DNA from: Gonapodya sp. JEL0774
Lineage: Eukaryota
Assembly: GCA_027604505.1 (NCBI GenBank)
Contig: JADIIX010000082.1
Coordinates: forward strand, 1 to 64,000
Direction: 5' to 3'
Length of the DNA: 64,000 bases
Shown here: positions 12,646-23,652 of the stretch, piece after piece
How the letters are laid out: each line of letters opens with the position of its first letter
Position numbering within the stretch: the first letter of the stretch is position 1
Notes under the pieces: generated by a model
What the model saw: the letters and a program-made list of their open reading frames with translations, nothing else
Database searches by the model: none
Told to the model about the DNA's origin: nothing
Position numbers and translations under genes: made by a program

Positions 12646-14626
12646 ATGGCGCATCGACCTCGAAAAGTCAACAAAATGAACTACTTGGCCAATCCGTACC
12701 TAACCTACGCAGATTCATCCCATTCCCTCACTAAGCCTTTCTTGGAATCCAATCGCGCGGAACTGGAGTTGGAGCTCGACAGAACAGCCAACCAAATTGT
12801 GTCGAATGTATCACCGACGAATAATCACTCTGGGAAGCGGCCTGAATTAAATGCGTACACCGGTATGCGATCTCTAGCAGAAGAGTTTGTTGAAGCCATG
12901 TATATTTCAATTGATCACGACAGGCACTGCGGGAATCGCGCTTTCTTTTCTGAGGGTTCACAAAGCACTTCCTTCCATTACCTTTGAAGTGTTTGGCAAC
13001 ACAGTCTCTGCGCTCGTTCGTATTCTTTTGTTGTTTAAACGTGTAATTGCACATCCTCACTGCAATTCTAGGATCTCGCCCGAAAATACAGTACGATAGC
13101 CACATCCTATGTGTCTCAATCCACTCATTTTGCTTCAAACGGGATGTCGTTTCTGACCTCTAATGCAGGCGTTCTGGCTATTGCCAGCGTCATTGAATAC
13201 ACTCGCATTGCAACTTTCAGTGCTTCTGGACGCTACCAACCGGTCGATCGGGAAGTGATTGAACAGCATTCACTGTCGCTTGCTCGAACGGCTGTTTTCT
13301 CTGCTTTGGAACACCTTGACCCCTCGTCTCCTTCGGAACTAATGTATGGCAGATGTGGATTCCTGTACCTCCTTCGTTTTCTCACTTTCTATATCGGCAT
13401 CCAAAACATTGTTCGGGTTCTGCCAAACATCGCTGAAATATCTTCGTCTGTGCTGGTGTCTGTGTTGGAAGATGGTGCTCGCACTAGAAATGACATCAAT
13501 GTTCGTGCCACTCTCGACAACTTGTATGCTGTTTTGAAAGAGACTGAAACAACAGTGTCATCGGAGCCCGCTCAACTGCCAAAGACCTTTTGGACGTGGC
13601 ACGGGAAGGCGTATTTGGGTGCAGCACACGGGATCTCGGGCATAATTGGAGAACTTGCATGCTGGATACCCAAAGAAGCACGAATTGATGCAGTCTCGCG
13701 AGCGCACGAAGATGCATCTGAGTCTCCTCACATGGACATTTCTCACTCCCTTTCGGCACGTGTGCTGTCAGAAGTCGAAACACACTTCAGTTTTCTAACT
13801 TGTCTGCGAAGCTCCATGGATACTTTCCGTAACTCAACGCACACAGTCCTCGGTAACCTCCCCGCTCGCCTTGAAGACTGCTGTGGGATGGTCGAGGCGA
13901 AGGACTTGGTTCAGTGGTGTCATGGCGCTTCTGGATGGGTGCTGTCGTGTTTGAAGGGGTATGAGATCCTTGCGGACACGAAATGTTTGGAAGAAGCGCG
14001 CAAGGTGGCTGATGTTGTTTGGGAGAGAGGATTGCTCAAGAAAGGAGTCGGTATGTTTGAATATCAAATGTTATGGTGCCTTCACAGCTTGAGGAACAAC
14101 GGCACCGATGCCCTGTATATAGGACTGTGCCACGGCATTTCAGGAAATGCTTATGCTTTTCTTCACCTTTACTGGATGACTGGTGAAGTGGTGTATTTGA
14201 GTCGGAGTCTGAAGTTCGCTCAACAGGCTGCGAAGTGGAAGGTGGGTGCCTATGAACCTTATTTTGGACCATGTGATTTCCATCGTTTGCTCATGTGGAG
14301 TTTTGTGTTTTGCTCTACGTTTTTGCTGCGACGGTCTGATATCGCTTGCACGCTTTCATTACCACTCACAGCGCATGAACTTGCCGTCACCCGATCACCC
14401 AAATTCACTTTTTGAAGGGAACGCCGGGTATCTCTCTTTGTTGACTGACCTCTTGTATACGGTCGATCGTTGCCTCGGTCAACTGAACTGCGTTGGAGAA
14501 GATGAACAGGACACGGGGGAGACTCAGGTTGGGTTGGAGCAGACTGGAGTTAATATCGATTTTCCAAAGGTAGGGATGGGTTTCCCTGGTCAGATGGATG
14601 TACCAGGCTGGTGGGAGATGATGTGA
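12646..14626 (+). CDS. LANCL: LanC-like protein (eukaryotic LANCL/GCR2 family), multi-exon
   Basis: ELMYGRCGFLY, WHGKAYLGAAHGISGI, LVQWCHGASG, VWERGLLKKG.GLCHGISGNAYAFL, PDHPNSLFEG; zinc-ligand Cys/Cys/His motifs are intact. Confidence 0.92.
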
Positions 14627-15518
14627 ACGTTTCGGAGCGAATCCCGAGATCAAGAAACCTTTGAGCTATGCCATTCTATACCAAAATGCATTATTTGTGA
14701 TTTGTGTACCTTTGATTTCGAATTTGTGTGGAGAATTTTGTGAACGCGGCCGTTGCGCCGCTGAACTGCCATCTGAATATTCGCAAACTGGATAGTTCGA
14801 CGTGTATTAGATAAGAAAAATTGTACTATACTTAGTCAAATCTTATTTTTCTATTAGTGTGTCCTTTCAGGGACGAGGAGAACTGAGTCCATTTCCCCGC
14901 GGAAAACCATACATTAAGTGATTGGGAGAGTTCACAGATCAGATCTCAAGTTGGTGGAGTCGCATGTGGTGAACAATCATTTAAAACTCATGTCTTCATC
15001 TTTTTGTTTCCCCATCACTGTCCCCCTGTGGATGTTCGTGTGAACAGCGAGTTGCGTGAGATCCCGGATTGCTGCCACCAAAGCAAGACACCCATACGAT
15101 GCAGCCTTGATTTTTGAGCTGCCTCTCATTTGTGTCGACGATTCATTTCCCCTAGCTTTCCGCACGTTCGCAACACCGAATTTGGAGCTCTAACCAACAG
15201 ATCTTCCCCAACGGTAAGACCCCCCAACGAGAACCCTGTTTCACCAAAGATCGTGTGGGGCTCGATATCGTCCTGTGTCACACACATTCGAGCTCAGCTG
15301 CGTATTGTGGGAGGGGCCTATACTGCCGAGTGAAGTCAGGGAAGGTGGATTGTGGCACCGACGGACTTCGATGTGGGGAATATCAAAGACAATTTTGTAG
15401 ACGCGCTCACTTCCAAATGTTGTTGTGATCATTAGCAGCGTGCTTCTTTGAAAAGTCCCTTCGGCTAAGGTTGCTTGGGAAACAACTGAGGTTTGGGTAC
15501 ACTGTCACTGCTCTCTGC

Positions 15519-17457
15519 ATGGACTTCCAAACTCCAACTCGAGTGCCCAACCATCTTGAGTTTATGCTTCGCGAAGAGAACATTCCCACGTCCATCCCTC
15601 TTAAAGGCGTGCCGGCCATCACTGGGACCAGACCTTCTCTCCGTCCACGGGCACCCCCTCCTCCAACCTACAGCTCTCTTCCTGAATCCGAGAACCCTCG
15701 GCGGTCGCATCGCGAGGATGACAAATTCGACTATAATCAAGATGACTCAGGGGTCGAAAAAGACATCAGGCTGTGTGGCTACTACGGTATTCACGAACTC
15801 GGAACCGTGGTGTCCCTGTCTGTGACTGGGCTATCAGCAGCTGTGCTCACAGCATGGATCGGGAGATGCGCATCAGTATGTTTGGAGCCTAAGATTGTTA
15901 CTCGGCCTGTCGTCTTTTGGTGATTGAATTGATCTCGGTTACTTGTGTACAGGAGTGGGGAAGGCTTTTGATGGCCACTCCAGCAAGACGAGCCGCCCTG
16001 ATATTGTCCTTTCTCACTGCAATGATTTCTTACTCGACACTCCGACAAGCTGTGAGTTCGTGTCCCTGGTGTTCCGGACTGAGGCCCCAATTTGTTCACC
16101 CGCACCGAAACATATTTTACCCCACACTACTTCCATCGAACCCCTGAGCCAGGTTGGGCTGATCTACACCTCATTCCACCACAAAAAACTTATGGCAGTT
16201 CGACTTGCGCGCCTCCTCGACCTCTCCCCGTCGCCTCAAGCACCTGCGCAACCTATCCACCGCATCCTCGTTCTCCCTGCCTGCCGAAATCTTGTCGCTA
16301 ATGCTGTCGTACTAGAGTGCATGCGGCTGGGTCGAAACCACGATGAGGTGTCTGTTGTGGTCTGTGATGACACTTTGGAAATGTCGGAAGTAGAGGAAAT
16401 GCAGTGTCTCGAACAAACGAGAGTCGAAGGCGCAGATGAGCGCATGCTTGAGTTTGTTCGAGTTACCCCAGATGGCGTGGGCGTTCCTGGATGGACCACA
16501 TCCGACGCAGGAGAGGATTTGGGCCTCGGCGGCGTGCTCGTGAGCTCAACGTCCCGAATTGCCTCCAGCGCCATCGGAGCCCCTGGTGTCTCATCTTTCT
16601 CGTCGGGTGGCGGAGCATCTCAGATGGACGTGGATTCTGGAAACCTCACAGACTCGTCCGCTTCGGATTCAACAGTTTCAGGGCAAGTTGGGTCTCGGAG
16701 CTATAGGCCTTCCATGGCCCCACGGTCTGGCAGCAGTGCTGGCTCCGTTTCAACTTCAATCTCGTCTTTGCCCCTCCGTCCTTCCACGCCTCTGAGCAAC
16801 AACCACAACCGGGACTCGTCCGCCTCGTCCACCGCGTCACCCACCAGTTACAACCAACAACTCTGGAGCTCCTCCTCGTCACTGCCCTCGTCCTACCCCC
16901 TACCGTCGTCTGGCACAACAAACCCAACTGCCTCACCTCGCGTCCCGTCAGCACCGTCCCCCACACCCCCTCTCCTTCTTCGCCTCCCCTTCCGTGACGC
17001 CTCCTTTGATGCAGTTATCTGCTCCTTCCTCCCTTCTCTTCTCCACAGTCCTCATTTCTCTAATTCTCACTCCCGCCTCCTCCGTCTTCGGGCCCTTCGG
17101 GAGCTTGCCCGACTTGTGCGCGATGGGGGGACCTTAATTGTCTGGGATGTGGAACATGTGGACTCAGAGTATCGGCAGGGACTTGAAGCGATGCGGTATG
17201 GAGATCGAGAACGTGGACTTGTGGAGGGTGAAGGGGACGTGGGTACGGACTGGGACGGTTGGGTCGCCCCTGGGGACCGAGGGGTGACCGGGACGGGCAT
17301 TGGTGCAGGTGTGGGTGCAGGTGTTGGTCTGAAAGCGGTAGCACGGGTTCCGCAGCGAGATGGCGAGGTGATGTTTGAACGTGTGTGGTGTACGGAGGGG
17401 GAGGTGGCATTTGGAGGTTTGGACAGTCGGGCGGTCCTCGCTGTGAAGCGGGCGTGA
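15519..17457 (+). CDS. Membrane-anchored class I SAM methyltransferase-like protein with large Ser/Pro-rich insertion
   Basis: YYGIHE followed by hydrophobic segments, then RLPFRDASFDAVICS and ALRELARLVRDGGTLIVWD (Methyltransf_11-type post-I motifs); motif I is degenerate. Introns ~15877-15951 and ~16052-16152. Start uncertain. Confidence 0.65.
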
Positions 17458-17926
17458 AACGATGTGCTCATAATCAGGACTTCAACAACAAGGGTTGTTG
17501 GAGGGAAGACGTCGGCGACAGGGTTAGAGCTTCGTTCGCGGGGAACGCCGCGCGAACGACGTTTATGGACGTTATGATGGCAGATTTGCACTGTGACATC
17601 ATCTCCTTCAAACGGACTTTATCGTTATCATTCTTTTTTGAACGCTCTTTTCTGCTTCTTATTCACAAGTTACCACAGTCAATTCACGGGACGGACGATT
17701 CGATCGATCTGCACAGTGCGAGGTTGAATGCCAACTAAGAAACGGAATGCATGACAACCAGTAATCGACTCCGAGGGTTCGATGAGAGGGAGGAATGAGT
17801 TGCATGGACGGAAATCGTGGACAGACGACATTACCGAAGAACGGAAGGATTTGCTTTCTTTGTCACTTCTACACACATGAGACATACAATATGATTCATT
17901 TCTTTGATCATCTTAAATCTCATGAT

Positions 17927-17992
17927 TTACGCGTGCCACCCACGGGCCGTGAGAATCCTTGTGAGGGTGCTTAGCCCCACTAACAACCCCAT
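17927..17992 (-). CDS. Candidate 21-aa micropeptide MGLLVGLSTLTRILTARGWHA in the last exon of a spliced transcript
   Basis: Strong start context gccgtcATGG; 58-nt C/A-rich leader; polypyrimidine tract + TACAG acceptor at 18051-18052; AT-rich 3' flank. No homology recognised. Confidence 0.35.
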   Translation of the reverse strand: MGLLVGLSTLTRILTARGWHA

Positions 17993-18419
17993 GACGGCGT
18001 GAAGGGTGTGAGTAGTAGAGGGTTTATGAAGTGTTTTGTGAAAAGATGAACTGTAGCAAGGGCAAGATGAAGAGGATCGGACCAAAGTCCGTGAACGACT
18101 GTGACGCGTTAATAAAAATGTGTCGTGTCGAAAGCGCACAAGGCTTCCTGAATGCTATCCCGGCCCCCTTCGATACGATATTTCTTTATTGCATTGGAAT
18201 GACCCGCCCCTTGCCCGCAGTGGAAGCCAGATGAAGGGGGACGGGCATGCACAGAAAGAAAAGTTCAGCGATAGATCAACAGCCGCAAGTGGAGGCACGA
18301 AGACCGCAGCGTGTGCGACCGTGGCGGAGACCGACCGGCGTCCATACGTAGTTCCAAACGAGAAAACCCGAGTGCACTGACTCAAGAGGAATTCAGCAGT
18401 CTTGGATTGGCAATCTTGG

Positions 18420-21200
18420 ATTGCGTAGGCCCCAGTCGTCATCTGTGGTGGCCAGATATGACGACACTGGGCACCCACAAAAACGGGAACTTGAGAGACG
18501 CAGTGAACTCAACGAAGCCGCATTTCACAGGCATTCGTTGGTTCGACCTTCCCGCATAACCCGCAATGATCCAGACACAATGGGAAGGCCAGCCACCCAC
18601 TCCCCCTCAAACCAGAACTCCCAGGTGACAGACAATTCGATTAGCCCACCTGATCTCCCCGCGAGAGTGGCGGGTATCCCCAAACAGTTTGGTCCAAGCG
18701 ACTTGGGTCAATGCAATGCACGACGGAGACAAATTGATTTATACGCCTTGCGGTATACACGGGGGTGAGTGCGTCGTCCATTGGCAAGTTGAAGCAACAG
18801 CGTGGCCCAAACCCGACTAGTGGACGAGACAGGTGTCCTTGGCTGGCGAACATCAACGCTCGTAGTGTTTCCCCACATATATAGTGGCCAGACGAGACGC
18901 ATGTGGGGGTGTGGTTAGTGTGTCCTGTGTACGAGCCTCCGCGACCCAAAGTGACTCGGATCATACTGCGAATAATTGGGTTGGCTCGCCGTCAGCCGGG
19001 GAAGTGACCCGACACAACGGCACCGATCACCCCCAATGTATGGACTGGCGAGGTCGAAGTAGCGAGCTCGGGTCATCCTGAGGGAGGGGAACAGCGAAAC
19101 GACCACGGAATAGAGAACATAATGTGCAAGTCGGGGGTTACGTTGAGCGTCCAAACTGCATGCGAGAAGAAGAAATCCAAACCCGACTTGAAACATCCTA
19201 CGCATGATCTTGGTTAGGGCCGTTGAGTCAACTGCAGTTGTAGCTAGACAGGGCAAACCAGCAGCCTCGACAAAATAACTGATAGTCCCAGCGAACAAAA
19301 TAACTGATACTCCCAGCAAACTGGGCCTGACATTGCAAACGATAACAACACCGACAACGACAATCACAGCGGAGTGTGCGGCGCTAGTGTGGTGATCGTT
19401 TGCCGAAAAAAGAACCCGAACCGACAGAAACTTTTCTATGAGCGATCGTAACTAGAATAAGCCCGGCCCATGACGTGAGGTGATCAGTTACGAGCGCAAG
19501 GTCCCGCAAAAGTGCAGGATTGCAAGGCCAAATTGGCTCGAATGACAAGTGGAGGACGACGACAACAACAACGGACACGGTACGTTCGGTTGAATGCAAG
19601 GTGGACGGGTTTAGCATCCCAAAGTTCAAGAATGTGCAGTGCGCCCATACAGTTTGGAAAAAGCAAGCGAGAGTGAGTGAGCCAACCGAACTCGATCTGT
19701 TTGCCGACATCATGAAGTGGCCCTCCCACCCGTGCGAGGCACGGCAGCGAAGACGCCCAAAAAATTGATAATCGCGTGAAATGAAATCAAAGACGGGCGA
19801 ATTCAGAACGCCGGCGGCAGGGGTTCACAATAAAGAGCATGGCGATGATTGTGCTGGTTCGACCACTGATTTGAGCTAGGGAGCGCATTCATCCTGAGTG
19901 CGGTTTAAGTTGACCCGCATCCGTGGTCGCGGTAGACGGCGGTCGGGGCACCCACAAAAACGGAAAACGGAGATCCGTGGCGAGAGTCCGAGCCGATCAC
20001 ATATGCACAGTGTGTACATGGTGTGAATGCGTCCAGCATGCAAAGTTCCAACGAGAGCTCGCTCTCACACAGGCCTTCCTGGATTGGCTGGCCTGTCTGT
20101 TGTGGTGAGACACGACAGCGCTGCCGTCCACAAAATTCGGTGCGGTGTCGATCGAATCAAACGCGGGTCAGCCAGAGTGCCGGCGGTACTAGCAACGAGA
20201 CCGGGGCCTTGTATGTGCGCCTCGTGCGGTGGTTTCAGCGAGAGAGCGAATCCACTCCCGATAAATAAATTTATTCTCTTTGGCTGGCCCAGCCGCCGTG
20301 GTCGTAGACGACGGTCGGGGCAACCACAAAGGAGGAACATCGAAATCAGAATCGTGAAGTCGGATAGGATGACGAACACACAGTGTATACGCGGGGTGAT
20401 TGAATCCTGCCTGGAAGGACAATGCGAAAGGCGGTCAAAGGCCGTCCGAGGCCGATCACGATGCACCGATGGCTTGGGTTAGCCCGCCTGTACGTTGCGA
20501 TGAGACACAACAGCGGAGCCGCCAACAAAACTCGGAGCGTTGATTCTTTGGTTGGGCCGGCCTCCGTGGTCGTGGACGCATTCACAAGGGAGCAACATCG
20601 AGATCCAATTTGTGGAGTCGGATTGGATCACAAACGTGACAAAAACTTGGGTAAGCCCGCCTGTCCGTGGTGGCGAGACACGACAGCGGAGCCGACCACA
20701 AAAGTCGGAGAGAGTTCACGCAAATCGAACGACAGGCGGGTAAGTTTCCGCGCCGGTGGTACTGACAACAAGACCGAATACGAGACCGACCACTAAAATG
20801 ACAAAAGGAGCGCGTGGTACCATTTACGCGAGGTGAAAGCGTCCAGTTTTAAAATTCGAAACGAGAGAGCCAACGAGATACCGAGTCGAGACATCAAGCG
20901 ATGAGCAGCTGAATGTGATTGATTGGCACGCTACCCGCGTGGCAGAACACTACGGTGGTAGGGGCACGCCACAAAATTGGGCAAAATAGACTGGAGCCGC
21001 GAATCGGATCGAAACACATGTTCACAGTGTGTGGCGTCTTGCGTGTCAAACCTGCCAGCGAGAGAGGCCACTCAATGCCGAGTCGAGCCATTAACCAAGC
21101 TCTTCGGTTGGCACCCGCGCCCGTGGTAACGACACGGCGGAAGGCGAGACCGACCAAAAAAAGGAAACCGAGAATCGAAGCGTGCGTTGGATCGGATCGC
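18420..21200. repeat. Degenerate dispersed/tandem repeat array, ~175-200 bp period, core GTGG-N22-26-CCACAAAA
   Basis: Cores begin at 18445, 19923, 20102, 20298, 20494, 20667, 20939 and 21123, with shared flanks (TTGG.TGGCCC upstream; GAGACACGACAGCG in B-type units; GGTCGGGGCA and a downstream CACAGTGT in A-type units). Confidence 0.75.
19271..19320 (+). repeat. 25-bp tandem duplication
   Basis: caaaataactgatagtcccagcgaa / caaaataactgatactcccagcaaa (2 mismatches). Confidence 0.9.
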
Positions 21201-23652
21201 ACAGGGCGCGACGACGATGACGAGCCAACGAGAAGTGAAGGGCGACAGACCTGGACGTGGCGGACGAGCAGCGACATGGGCTTGCGTTGAGTGACAGAGT
21301 CCTGTACCGGTGCGCATAATGGAGTAGAATTTCGGCGGGGCGAGAGACGGGCGTAAGGGACGCGACGGTGAGAGGGTGGAGAGGTTGATCATGTCAGTAA
21401 ACCACGCAATAGGTCATGCGGTTCGAACAATCACAAGAGCACAAGGGAGAGACCACCACCACACACGACCACACAGAAGCAAACAAATCCTGTCCGTCCA
21501 AACATTTCCATGGACGGCCGCCTGCTCAGCCACCCGACACCTTCCCTCCCGTCGGGTCTCTATCTCCCCCATATCTCCAACCCAACCACATTCCACACCA
21601 CCGGGTAGGTTCTCCCCTTATGACCACGACCGTCCCCTTTCCAAGCCCCGTGGATCCCTCCGACTGCACCCCGATCGCGTCCGTACCGCACGCAAAAAGG
21701 GGCGCCCCTGCACGCGACCGGTGCGGGGAGGTGGGGGGGCCGGGCGGGGCGGGGGCGTACGGGGACCCGGGTGGGGGGGTGGGACGGTTGGAGGGGGGTG
21801 GAGGGTGTTTTTGCATCATTGGCGGATGGGCGCGGGGTGTGGGGGTGGTTGGGGTTCGTGGGGTGGGGAGGAGTAGTGACTTACCTTGGTTTGGATTTTA
21901 GAAGTGCAGATTTCTCTTGGTTATAAGGCGGGGTGTCCCGTGGATGTGTCGAGAGGTCTCGGGGGTTCTTTGGTTTGGTTTCGGTGGGCGAAGGGTCATG
22001 GATGATCTTTGTGACCGACGGTGTGGGCGAATGAATGGGAGGAGAGGGTATACGGAGAAGGGGGGAGAGAGGGGCAGAAAGGAGTAAGATTGACAGGAAA
22101 GCACACAAGACGAAAAAAAACAAAAAAAGGAAAAGCCAGCCGAAAACAAAACGAGAAAAGCAGGATTCTCGAATGAAAAAACCACACAGCTCGTGCCCAC
22201 GACCACCACCACTTCCTTGTATAACCACCGCGTGGAGAGTTCCCATTTGTTATCAGATTGTCAGAGGTAGCTCAGTAAGATTTAATCTCGGAATCCACCG
22301 GATCCCCAGAAGGAATCGCGGTGGGTCAGATAAATGCCTGAATCATCATGACAAATGGGAGTGCGAGTGGTGGCGGTAGGCAGAGCGGGGGGTATGGGTG
22401 TGGGTGTGGGTGGTGGGTTCGAAACTCACCAGAAGGAGAAACTTGGACGACGGCACAAGAGGAGATGAGGGTACCCAAGGAGAGCATCACATCCGCAAGA
22501 GCTCGTCCTGTTGAGAAACGAGCGAGAAAACGAAGGGTAGAAAAGAAAAGAACGTGAGTGAAAAAAGAAAAGGAGACGAACTCGGCCGCACTGAGCGACG
22601 GGAGCGAGCGCGGAGTCAGCAGGAAGGCAGTAAAAACGGAGAATAGCATCATATTCCCCACTGGGTTAGAGCGGAGATAAGATGAGAATTTGCATCCATT
22701 GCGATTGCATCATTCCAAGTTCGCGCGTCTCTTCGAGGGGAATCGCGGATTCGGGGAATCAGACACTCACGAAGAAAAAGAAAAAGACACAAAGCGCCGT
22801 CGATGGGTTCGCACGGTTGCGTGTCGACGATCGGATGGGCGAGAAAACGCGGATGGGTTGATTGGAAAATGGGATGGGAACGAGAAGAAATAAATGGGGG
22901 ATGCTGGGGAATTGCGCAGCACGCACGGGCCACACCAGCAGATGGAAGCCGAGACACGATTTCACGATTTTATTCTCAACTTTGAAACACGCAAGCAAAA
23001 GTAATGGAAATGTAAATTCAATCGAACATCTGTGTAGCAGTACTCCGGGCTTCTGATGGTTTTGAAATGTCTGTACTCAGTATCTGTAAGCAGAGGTCAA
23101 CAATGCGAACCTCAACCACTCCGTCCCACACTGAACAATAATAAAGAGCTCTTCTCAACAACACCTCGAGAAGAAGAGATGAACGGCCTTTGGCGCCAGG
23201 CTGGAAGACGCTCCGTGAATATCGAAGACTGTGGTCTTCGAAGCTGTTCGCCCGATCGATCTCTCCATCCACACGGCTGCATTCGTCAATAAAACCTTTC
23301 AATGCGAACGGGAGAAATGCTTTGGCGGAGAGATGACGTCACGCAGGCCATTCAGTACTCAGAAACACTGCCGCGAGAAACGTGAAAATACCGTACGTTG
23401 ATTTTTCATTCAAAATCAACATTGACAGTCGTCTCAGCGTTCGTTCTCTTATCCCTTGTTGCAATGTTTTGTAATTCTTGTCTTGAAATTCTTTGCTTTG
23501 TGCACGTTAGAAGCGAATCCGCTCCGACATCGCGATTCGATCCCTCTCAGAAAAGGGGACAAACGTCAAGAATAGCAGACGCGGCGGACAAGTACGGAAG
23601 GGGGAAAGTGGAAAAGAATCCCGACACGACAAGAGACGGGAAATCGACGACG

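Noticed and set aside
19950..21030. V(D)J/Transib RSS-like CACAGTG heptamers (20006, 20379, 21023) and ACAAAAAC nonamer-like motifs (19954, 20639)
   Set aside because: Wrong order and spacing (nonamer-like motif ~50 bp before the heptamer, not 12/23 bp after); no RAG/Transib ORF.
18420..21200. CRISPR array or integron attC-like cassette array
   Set aside because: Eukaryotic context; repeats are highly degenerate with homologous rather than unique spacers; no cas or integrase gene.
21526..21819. 97-aa Pro-rich ORF MMQKHPPPPS...
   Set aside because: Arises from C-rich sequence just inside the 21884 donor; no domain recognised. It cannot be fully excluded as an exon.
21876..21892. U1 snRNA 5' end (ACTTACCT) on the plus strand
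   Set aside because: No U1 stem-loops or Sm site follow; better explained as the reverse complement of a splice donor.
18100..23390. Numerous 60-166 aa ORFs on both strands
   Set aside because: No domain motifs, Arg/Ser/Pro-biased random composition, overlapping in all frames.
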